A DNA stretch of 64,000 bases, from contig CM052817.1 in assembly GCA_028534125.1 (NCBI GenBank), forward strand, positions 56,050,001 through 56,114,000, in the 5' to 3' direction. The stretch is from Lama glama (lineage: Eukaryota). The position numbers and the translations under genes are program-made. Below, piece after piece: positions 53,120 through 64,000 of the stretch. The notes under the pieces were generated by a model. The model worked only from the letters and a program-made list of their open reading frames with translations, made no database searches and was not told the DNA's origin. The first letter of the stretch is position 1, and every line of letters begins with the position of its first letter.

Positions 53120-54650
53120 GTAACTGGAGTTTTTATAACTATTTACAAATAAAAGTTTGACAACACCATTAGGTCATATTGCCTAGAATAAGCAACAACT
53201 AGGACTCAAAGGACAAAATAATCCTTAGTGTATCTATGGCTTTCAGAGAGGATACTTTAAATGGTATTTAGAATTTAGAAGTGCTTTACCACATCAGTCT
53301 CTTTTAACAAAGTAAAAAAAATTTCATTAATTATGAATTATTATGAAATAAACTAATTTCATCAATTGTATTCCTCAGTTCTCTCTTGTTCTTGTTCTCC
53401 TGACTTTAGGATGTCAGGACACAGGGAAAATATTTTTTTCCACGGTGACTTTCTATATCTATTGGCCCATATGAGATAAAGTGATTAATCAGTGAAAATT
53501 TAGAAAGATTGGTAGGGAAGAGGTTCTTATGTCTTTAATTATTGTCCACTCAACGCAGTGAATCCTCTTCATAGTGTTTAGGTATCATCTCTTTCTGTTA
53601 TTTATTGGAGAATAAAAATTATCATTGGTTCCTGGCTAACTTCATATCTGCCACTCTGATAAAAAGGAAGCAATACAATTAATCCTAACAATGCCATGGC
53701 TCTTCGGTATTTGTTTGCACTGAAAGAACACAGACCTTGTCTCCGTTTCCTAATGCCATTTGACACTGCTTACGTGTTACCTGTATGCTGCATCATTCAT
53801 TGTGCCACCTATGAATCCTGCCTTCCATTGACTTTCTCAAGGACTGTTATTTTTCTTTGCTAATGATAAATGATACCAATTCAAATCTTACCTAGCGTAC
53901 GCAGGAAAATGTAGGTGATCATTTATTTTCTGTTCATGTTATATTTATCATTTGGAATCATTTTAGCATCAATATATAGCACCTCTTCCAACCATTTCAC
54001 CTCTTGGAATCCTTAGACCGTAGTCACTGCATTATATACGGGGAATATAATCTCTTTCAATATTGATGACATCATGATTCTACTGCCACTTGGGGGGACA
54101 GGTGAGGCGCTCATACGCAAAGCAAAAGAATAGTCCCACTCATTCAAAAATTTCCAGCTCTTAACTAGCACAGCTGAAGTTTCTCCCAGGATAGTACAGC
54201 ACTACCACATGAATGGGAAACAAAAGTGAATTTCAATCAATGTGTTCATGGGCTCTGTAAAGCTATGTTCTTAGAAGTTCTCTTAGGAGAGAGATGTGAC
54301 AACTCCCCAGCAGACAACCTGAATGAGTGTAGAGCCTGTGGAGGGACTGAGGCAATCCCCATGTTGTCAATAATGGAGGGCAGACAGAGCCAGTGAGGAC
54401 TTCCACCACCACTGCGGCTTTTGGCAGCCATAAAATGAAGGCAGGACTGCAATCAGGAAACAACTGGGAAAGAGCCAAGGCACAAGTCACACACATGACT
54501 ACACAGCTTAAGCCCAAGAGTCAGCCATGGACTATTGACAAACAGATGTAATATCTTCCTTTTTGGCCCCTACCTCAGAACAACGGGGAAATAGCCTAGG
54601 TCAGGGAATCTCTTCTAAGTGGATGGCCATTTTAATGAACGCAAGAGTTA

Positions 54651-54873
54651 TATAGACAGGATTTCAAAATTGTAGTATAGATAAACAAGAATATACCGTA
54701 TAGCACAGGGAAATATACACAAGACCTTATAGTAGCTCGCAGAGAAAAAAATGTGACAATGAATATATATATGTTCATGTATAACTGAAAAATTATGCTT
54801 TACACTGGAATTTGACAAAATATTGTAAAATGATTATAAATCAATAAAAAAAGTGAGAGTTAAAAACAAAAGA
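54651..54873 (+). mobile_element. Camelid-like L1 3' end (distinct subfamily) with a short target-site duplication
   Basis: ggatttcaaaattgtag...gcacagggaaatatacacaaga...acactggaatttgac...aaatcaataaaaa; aagagtta at 54643-54650 and 54874-54881. Confidence 0.88.
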
Positions 54874-57229
54874 AAGAGTTACTTTTTGTCATCGTAAAAG
54901 GAAAATGAAAAAAAATATATATTCATGGGTAGTGTGGCCAGGGTTCTCCCAGCTTCCAGTTTTATTGCATACATCCTTAATGGATGGATGGAGAATCCTC
55001 AATCCTTCAGGTTTAAAATACTACAAGGTTCATCTGTAGAAGACTCTGCTAGTGAATGCCACTGAGACGATCCATGTTACACCAGTAAAGCTTTCTATTT
55101 TCTCTGTGCTTTCCCATGGGCCAGATTTAACCAAAGTTGGTCTATTTTTTTTTTTTTTGGTAAGACCTTACTTAAAGACACAACAATTAGTAAAGAGTCT
55201 CCAAAAGTCCAATATTTATCTGATAAATGCCTTCAAAACATAAGCTCCTGGGTACAATGGGTGAGATAGCTTAAGCTGCCATTTTGCTTCCATGTAAAAT
55301 GCACTGTCACTCTCACAGCTTGGAATCTGTAGCCTTCTCCCTAACTTAGCCAAGCTCACTATCAAAAGAAGTCAATGGCATTCTCCTGTTTCAGTACCCC
55401 TATGTTAAGATCTTTTTTGTTGGTAATGTAGAAGCACAAGTTTGAAGAGACAACTAACTCAGGCATTACTTAAAGTTTAGAAGTTCAGTGTCATAAGAAA
55501 TAAATTTCTAGCTTTCTACTTCCATCTGTGTTGGCTTGAGTCATAGGCATTTGAGGACTTCTGGCAATTCTGGACTTATTTTTACTGTTAACAAACATAT
55601 TACAAGAGAATGAGACCATCTCTTTCTCATGGTTCTCCACACAGAGGTTTATTTTGACAACTTTGGGCACTGGTCTTACTGGACCTAATTGCCACACCTT
55701 TGAGATGAAAAAAGTCTTTATCTATGATAGAGTTATGTCATGTACCCAACATAAATATGTATATGTATATTTGTCACAGGAAGGTATTAATACTTCATGA
55801 ACCATATGAATGGACTAAGTAAAAAGGTGAAGTTTCTCAAGGAGACAATTAAATTTCATTGCAGAAATACTGGGTAGATACTAAGCTTATTATAGCAACA
55901 AATATTCATCATGAGAAATTTAAATGAACTATGACAAGTCATGTGAAATTCTAAGTAATGTACATGAAGATTAAGGATTAGTATGAGCAGTGTAAACAGA
56001 TCCTCTAAGTTCTATTCCTCATTGCATTGGTTTGCTAGTATTAAAAACTCCTATATTACATATTGATTTAGTTTCCAAATTTCCTTCAGAAAAATGAATT
56101 TTATAGACTATGAAAAGTAGAAAATTGGCTTTACTATACGTTTAAGAGTTAATGGTGAATTAACTCTGTGATGAATTTAGGAATATTCAAGAGAACTTGT
56201 AGGGCAGCCCTCCATAAGTCAGTTAAAAGATTCTTTGGACTGGCGTACAGGGAATGGAGAGCATCATCACATAACAAAATTTTGTTGTGATTTTGCTTTG
56301 ATATCCATGATGTCCAACTCAATATTCCATAAACAGTTTGCTATCAGACTGAAGAGATAGGTATTCTAGGAAATCTAGTATTCTAGACACATAAAATTAT
56401 CATATTTTGTATCTGAATTTTTACTAAGTAATTAGAACATAATAAATGATCATTATTAATACAAATATAATAACAATTTAATTTGATAACTTACTTGGAA
56501 TTTTCTTATACAAGCTGGATATTAGTTCCAGTAAACTACTGATTATTATTTATCGGTAAATGTGACATCTCCCTGTCACTAATCCACATGTCTTTTAAGA
56601 AGTCACTCAGTTTCAAGATGATGATACCTAGACTAGAGAAATACCCATAATGAAATCTAAACTAAAGAACTACCATTTATGCTTTTTTGCTTCTATCTTT
56701 GAATATATCCTCTCTTGCTATGTTTAAAAGAAACTCCCAAAGTATATTTTTAAGAGAATATAATGACTCTAAAGCTTCATCCCAAGTTTACAGAACATTA
56801 GAATCATTATCATGAAGTTCAATTTTCTCTACAGTATAGAAGTACAGCAATACCAGTTAATAGAGAATGCTTTATGATAAAATGTGAATAAAACTAGTTT
56901 CATCTTACTGAAACTACACTCTGTTTTCTTTATTTGTGCACACACCATTATTTTTCCTTAATCTCCTTATTTTTGTAGTATAAAATTAGATGTTGTAAAG
57001 GAAACAAAATAAGCCATTAAATTATTCCATAGAACACAAGTAAATGAAAATATTATAAGAAAATCAAGGCAAATACAGTAATGTTATAGTTTCCCACTAA
57101 GGGAACCACAAATCTTCAAACCTCTTCTTCCTCAGGATCTTCCCCTTTTTTCTTATAATCCACACATAAAATGCCTAAAGCAGAATTTTATCTTGTGCAT
57201 GTTATGATCTGCTCCCCAAGGCAGGAATG

Positions 57230-57232
<3 letters not shown>

Positions 57233-57268
<36 letters not shown>
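57233..57268. repeat. (GT)18 microsatellite
   Basis: Direct reading. Confidence 0.95.
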
Positions 57269-57270
<2 letters not shown>

Positions 57271-57733
57271 ATCTTAGAATTTCCCAACTTGTATGTACTT
57301 GGATGGTCAGATTTCAATTGTATGAGAATTATCTTTTAATATCATCATTTTGCTAATTAGTCGTATTTTCTCTTTTATGAGAATCATTTCAGCTTTTCCA
57401 TGCCCAAAATTTGAGTGTCTTCAGAGTTAAAGGCACCATCTGGTAATTTTATATTTTACAGTTGGCTCTAATAGCTTTAAGTCTCTCCTAATTTGTGCCA
57501 TAGTTTGAATTATTTGCATAATTTTCATAATCTCTTACATCTTTATTCTTTTTAAAGATTCAGCTACATAAATATTGGCTTTCAAATATATATATGTATA
57601 TATGTGTATATGTATATATACACACACATACACACATACATGTATATTCATTGTGCATCAACATTTTCAAAAATGATGTTTTTAATTAGGAAAATTGGTC
57701 TTATTAGAGGCTTCTAGGAATTACCTTCTAAGG

Positions 57734-58037
57734 CAGGTTGGCAAACATTTTTGTAAAAGGTGGGAAAGTAAATATTTAAGGCTTTCCCTCTATCACAATT
57801 AATTAAACTTGACATTGCAGCCCAGAAGCAGACATAAACAGTATGCAGATGAATGAGTGTGGATGTATGTATAGAGATCGAAATTTGAATTTCATACATT
57901 ATTATAAAACGTTATTCTTGTTTTAATGTTTTCAAATATTTACAAGTGTTTAAAATAAAAAGAAATTTTGTTTGCAGGCCATGTAAAAAACAAAAAGTGA
58001 AACAGATTTACCAAAGAGTTGTAGTTTGTAATCTCTG
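57734..58037 (+). mobile_element. MER58B-like hAT-Charlie MITE
   Basis: caggttggcaaac...aaatttgaatttcata...tgtagtttgtaatctctg; 8-bp flanks ttctaagg and ctctaaga. Confidence 0.88.
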
Positions 58038-58959
58038 CTCTAAGACAAGGGAAACAATATATATTTAATTTAAAACAGTCTTGAATGAAAAGTTACATAC
58101 AATACAAAATTCAAGTATAACAAAATAACATAAAAGTAAAGTTTTCCTGTCTTCCCTGAGGTCTGTAAAATCGTGATTTTTTTGCTTATTTTAAAAAATT
58201 AATAAAAATGTACACATATTCTTTTAAAAATCTTATAAATGGTTCATAGTCAAATTTAGCAAATATCAATATCCCATCACCTGCCTTTCTTTACCAAGTA
58301 GCAGTCAAAGCATTCTTGTTCTTAGTACTCTAGATAATCACCTGAGTATCTCAAAATAATATGATTAAACTACTATTTCTTCATGTATCAACTTGTCTAT
58401 GTTCCACATCCAACCTCTCAATAAATCTGTTCATTTCTTCCATTGTTAATTTAGAAACTTGAAATGATATTTTAAAATTTCTATTATTTATTCTATTAAT
58501 ATATTAATGTATTTATTCTATTAAGTATAAATAATTTTTCTCCATTGCCACCACATTTTTATTACAGTCATATGCTCTATTTAAAAAAATCAAAGGCAAA
58601 TTTTAAAGTAGGGTTTTGTTTTGTCTTGTTTTTTACCAAATTACTATGTTAGAGACTATTGATCATTTCTGTTAAGATTTATAATATAGAAGAATCAAGA
58701 TAGAAGATATCATAGTTAATAAACAATATATCAGGGGTTTATTTCCCTACAGCTTTTCATTTTCCAGGCTACCGTGTAACATAAATTCTTTTTAGTGGCA
58801 GCAGACAGGTCTGGGCTTTTGGTGTGCTATGTGCATCCTGCTGATACAAATTTATGGCTGAACTTGTCTAGTGTATCGCTCAGTGAATCAATGGTATGCA
58901 GGTGGCATCCTGGAATCATCTGAGGTTCTTCTGCTTTAATCTGGATGTTTTGCTCTCTA

Positions 58960-60650
58960 TGATTGAAGAGCAGCTGCAACTTTGGAATTTCTCCAATCTG
59001 CTATCATTTCTTAGGGTCTCATTTTCTGAACTCTATTTCTTCTGGGTCTAGTTTACTTCTTTGATTTGCTAGAATACATCCTCTCATAGTTTCCTAGGAA
59101 GGCATGTATGGGAGGAAATTTTTCTGAATCATCTTATGTCCTTACTTTGCTTTTACACTTGGAGTGTATAGCTAGATCTAATTTCTAGACTGAAAATCAC
59201 TTTCCTAGCATGCCTCCTTTGTATTCTGTCTTCCAATGTGGGTCTTTTTTCCATGATACACTTCATCTTTAGTCCTTGGAAAGTTTTATTCACAGCTACT
59301 TTGGTATATTACTCTTCTCTCATGTATTGTTCTGTCTTAGATGATACAGCATTCTGACACTGGAACTCTTCTAATAATTTTCTAACTATCTTATTATATT
59401 TTCTATTTGTCTTTTTTCACTGTCTTTTGGGAATTTACTTAGCATTGTCTTTCAATTCTTCTACTGAAAGTTTTGTTTGTTTTGGCTATTACCTTTTTCC
59501 CTAACAGCCTCCTTTCATTTATCTTTTCACAAAACCCTGCATTTGTTCTTAAACTGATGCCAGACTTTCCTTTGTCATCCTGCTTATCATACAATTTTTT
59601 TTAAGATCTGTTCTTTCAAATAGCATTGTTTCCTCTGAATTATTTTATTCCAGATTTTGGAGATTTTTATGTTTGTATATTTTCCCTTAGAACTTCTGAC
59701 CCTTGATTATCTCTTTAAATTAAAAAGAAAGTACTGAAGTAATTACAGAAATTTAGTACAGGAATGGAGCTAGTCAACTGGTTGGGTATATTCTGAAGCA
59801 CCAACTCTTTTAATGGAATGTTTCCCAGATTTCAGTAGATGAAAGTTTTTTCTCTAGGGCTCTTTGCTTTTTCCTCATAAGAATCATCTGATCTGAACAT
59901 AAGAGCTGCTTATGTTCTGAATAGGATGGAGAGAAAACTTGGAATTTAATTATTCTATGTGTTATTTTTTTTCTGTTTAAACTGCTGTACTGTATATTTT
60001 GTACACAGTAAGGTGAATGAATCTTAGCCCTAGGCTAAATTAAGATTATATGTGTTATATACCCATAATGGTCACTAAGTTAGGATAGAGAGCATTTTCA
60101 GTACCCAAGAAGGCTCCCTCGCATCACTTTCCAGACAATATGTTGCTCAAATTAACCATGTCTTTGACCTCTATGACCATAGATCAGTTCTGTCTGTATA
60201 TGAATGCAATATAAACAGTCATACAGAATATAGTCTTTTGTCCCTGCCTTCTCTCATTACTTCTGTGAAATTTATCTATGCTTTTATGTTATCAGTAGTT
60301 CATTCTTTTTCACTTATCTGTAATATGACATTGTGTGAATTTACCAAAACACTTTTACCCATTTTTCTGAGGATAGACATTTAGGTTGTTTCCCTGTTGG
60401 AACTATTATGAATAAAACTGTTGTTACACTTTATTTAATTGGTAGACATAGTTTCAATGTCTTGAGGTACATATCTAGGATTGATACTGTGAGTTGTAGT
60501 GTAAGTAAACATTTGAATAGATTCTGCTAGAGTTTTCTAGAGTAGTTGTAGCAATTTATGTCTTTAATGCAACGCATAAGAGTTTTAGTAGTTTCATTTA
60601 CTTGTAAGCATTTGATCAATCTAATTTGAGCTTGAAACAAATCCTTTTGT
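58960..60650 (-). mobile_element. Old L1/HAL1 fragments (58960-59950) and L1ME 3' UTR (59960-60650)
   Basis: tttctagactgaaaatcactttcc; ggatagacatttaggttgtttccctgttggaactattatgaataaaactg. Confidence 0.7.
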
Positions 60651-60829
60651 CTAATGTTAGTTTTTGGTTTTATATGCCTGTCTATTTCAGTTTCTACTTA
60701 CTCTTCAGGATTATTTTATTCAAGTAAAAATTTATTTGGAGGGTAAAGACCTTATACCTAGGTGGCCCTACCTCCTAAGGCATGATTCCTGGGATTCTGA
60801 CTAAAATTCTGAAGTGTTTATCAAGACTT

Positions 60830-62700
60830 ATTATTGAAAGAAACTTAAAAATCTAAGAGAATGGAGAAAAATATATGTTGGATTAGATGATTCAATATTG
60901 CTAAGATGCCAATTTTTCTTCAACTGAGCTCTAAATCTAATACAGTCACAAATATCATCCCAGCATCCTTTTTGTTATTGTTCTTGTTGAAATTTCCAAA
61001 CTGATAATAAAATTTATATGGAAACAAAAAGGGCTTTAGAAAATCCAAGACTATCTTGGAAAAGAAAAGTGTTTCTAAGACTCTTACTGCCTTACTCCAA
61101 AATGTAATAAAAACATACATTAATCAAGACAATGTGGAAGAGAATAGAGATTAAAAATTGGATCAATGAGAGCCCAGAATAGAGACTCAGAACAGACTCA
61201 TATATCCATTTGATATTTGTCAGAGTTATCAAAACAACCCAATGTTAAAACTGTAATGTACTTAATAGAAAAATTTGTAAAATATTTCCATAAGTTAGGA
61301 TTAGGCAATCCTTTTGTAGACAGGTCACAGAAAGCAATAACTATAAAGAAAAAACTTTATAAAAAGGACTTAAAATTAAATATTTTTACTCAACAAAAGA
61401 CACAGAAAAATAAATAGGCAAATCACAGATTCAGGAAAATATTAACAGTCTATTTGATGAAGGGCTGGTATAAAGACACATAAAGAACTCATATGAGTCA
61501 CACAATCCAGTAGAAAAATAGCCTAATAGTTTGCACAGACACATTACCTAAAAAAATACATAAATGTCCCAAAAACAAATGAAACACTACTCAATATTAT
61601 TAGTTATTAGAAAAATGAAAGTTGGGGCAATAATTAGATATTACTTAATACCATCAAGACATTAAAATTAAAAAGAGTAACAACTGTATGCTATTGAGGA
61701 AGCATAACAATTGAAACTCTTGTAGAGTATGGTTGGAAATGCAAAATTGCAAAACCACACTGGGTAGTAGTTTTGTGGGGTTTCATAATACAAAATATAT
61801 GGCAACACCAAGATTCATTATTTCACTATAAGATATTTATCTTAAAAATATATGTGTGTATATGTATGTATAAAAACATATGTATGTATATATATATATA
61901 TGTTCACAAAAAGATATATAAGAATGCTTATAACAGCTTTGTTTAAAATAGCCTCAAAATGAAAACAGATCAAATGTCCCCATCAATAGAAGAATGTATT
62001 AACAAATTAATTCATATTTATACTGTAGATTAACATTTGATAATGAAAAGAAATAAATTACTTACATATGTAACAATGTGAATAAATCTTAAAAACATTA
62101 CACCAAATGACAAAAGCTTTATGTAAAGTATACTTACTCCATAATTCCATATTTGAAATTCTAGAACAAGTAAAACTATTCTACAAATGAAAGGAATATG
62201 AATAGTGGTTGTGTCTTGGGGGGTGATAGCCTGGCTGATGGGGAGGGGAATGAGAAGACATTCTGGATTTATGATAACATTCTATATTTTGATAGAGGAT
62301 TGTTTTACATGGATATATACATTTGTTGAAACAAAGTAGAAGTACACTTGCAATCTGTGTATTTTGTAATCATTGCAAATCTTGCAGTGATTGTGTATAA
62401 ATGTTACATCCAACAAGGGAAAATTATTCTAAACAAAGACTGAATCCTATGTATGATAAGCATGCTGGTATATTTATGGAAGTATATTAATGTCTATAAT
62501 TTACTTTGAAATAAACTTTAAAATAAGATGGATTAATGGAAAGTTATTGACAGGGATAGATATGTGATAAAATATGTACAATAAAATGTTAAATAAAGAT
62601 AATTAGGCATATAGATTTCATTATAAGATGATATGAACTTCATTACATTTTTTGGGGGGTGGGAATGGGCCATAAAGTAGGTAGTCATCAATAAATAAAA
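60830..62700 (+). mobile_element. L1MC/ME-type ORF2 end and 3' UTR
   Basis: gattcaatattgctaagatgcc, ataacagctttgtttaaaatagcc, tctataatttactttgaaat...gatagatatgtgataaa. Confidence 0.85.
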
Positions 62701-63103
62701 TATTTAAATTTTATTTTACATTCTGTTTTATTCTCCCTTTATAGAATGCACAAATATATCTCCCTAGCATCTTCTATGATAGAGAATTTAAACTCTCTCT
62801 ATGATTACTTATTTCAGTGGTGACTACCTGGTATTCTGTGCTGACTTATCCTTGTGACATTCCTCTAATCAGGTGTAGTGAAATGCTAAAATTTTATTTA
62901 GCAATGTCTTGATGACAAATGTCCATTCCCTGGACTATGAATCAAATAAAGGAAATATAAGAGCTCTTGGAGATTATCCAGAAATTTTCACTTTCATGTA
63001 ACCATAGTGAATTTCATTGAGTATATGAGACATTTCCAAAGTCTTATAGCTAGTTATTGTCACATTTCTATCGAACCCAGCCTTCTAGCTATATTTGCTC
63101 ATT

Positions 63104-63470
63104 AAACATCATATACTATCACTTACATGTGGAATCTAAAAAAAAAGACAAACTTATTTACAAAGCAGAAACAGATTCACATAGAAAACAAACTTATGGT
63201 TACTGGGGGAAAGGAAGTGGTAAGGGATAAACTGGGAGTTTGAGGTTTGCAGATACTAACAAATATATAAATATATATATAAAATAGATAACAAGTTCAT
63301 ACTGTACAGCACAGGAAACTATACTCAATATCTTGTAGTAACCTTTGGTGAAAAAGAATATGAAAATGTATACATGTATGTATATATGACTGAAGCATTA
63401 GGCAGTACACCAGAAATTGACACAACATTGTAAACTATACTTCAATAAAAGTATATATATAGACAAAAAA
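63104..63470 (+). mobile_element. Camelid-like L1 3' UTR, apparently the same subfamily as 5541-6520
   Basis: Near-identical by eye to 6165-6515; AATAAA at 63444-63449. Confidence 0.93.
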
Positions 63471-64000
63471 ATTATCTTTTGAAAATTGAAGAGTTTCCTA
63501 AGAAAAACTCAGTAAGAAAACCATTAAAGATTACATAGCAATCTTAATAAAGAAGATTGTGTTGTACTATTGGACAAATTGCTTCTTGGGTCAAACACAA
63601 ATCAGATGAAATAAATGAAAAGGCACACTAGACATTGCTTTAGTTACTGAGAAAGAAAAAATCTAAATTAAAAATTTTTCATTCCTCATAATTTTCCCAT
63701 AGAATTGAGTTGTATTCTCCAAGTAGCAGGCATAAAATAAAGAAGTTGAAAACCTATATTTATTCCCCCATCATTGCAGCCAAGATGTGTGGGTTACACA
63801 CTAGAGGCAAATGTTTCTGTGGCTTATTACAAACATCTAAGTAATTCTGCTCTTCATGGCCTGCCCACAGTTATTTTCTGAACTCTTTCATATCAGTTAT
63901 TTTCTGATCTCTGTCAGATCATTTACAGAAAGAACATGTATAAGTTTCTTTGGTATTTTTTCCCAGTTCTATCACCTAACAAAATACTATGAATTTTAGT

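Noticed and set aside
56266..56291. Palindrome centred on aacaaaattttgtt
   Set aside because: AT-rich, no loop, and likely chance at this base composition.
1..64000. CRISPR arrays, operons, tRNA/rRNA/snRNA genes, CpG-island promoter, or a novel multi-gene system
   Set aside because: No regularly spaced repeat-spacer array, recognisable structural RNA, CpG island or long non-repeat ORF was seen; the sequence is mammalian non-coding DNA.

Overview
This is AT-rich, CpG-depleted mammalian genomic DNA, intronic or intergenic in character, with no CpG island. Much of it is decayed interspersed repeat: old L1M fragments, L2, MIR, an ERVL pol remnant, an MLT1 solo LTR and hAT-Charlie MITEs. Eight younger 5'-truncated L1 copies have 3' UTRs that I recognise as cetartiodactyl, most likely camelid. 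I saw no Alu, Bov-A/BovB or PRE1 elements. No intact protein-coding gene, RNA gene or CRISPR array is supported. The ORF track is explained by L1 ORF2 remnants, low-complexity tracts and chance ORFs. I cannot support a new biological system here. The leads most worth checking are: a candidate 18/25-nt microexon (53095-53119); two AG|GT recursive-splice-like sites (53891 minus strand with downstream donors; 29912 plus strand); a 53-nt candidate exon (10489-10541); a probable mRNA 3'-UTR retrocopy (about 1050-1259); an L1 tail with a 33-bp flanking duplication; and a perfect 54-bp tandem duplication. Repeat family names come from recalled consensus sequences, not a database search, and repeat boundaries are approximate.
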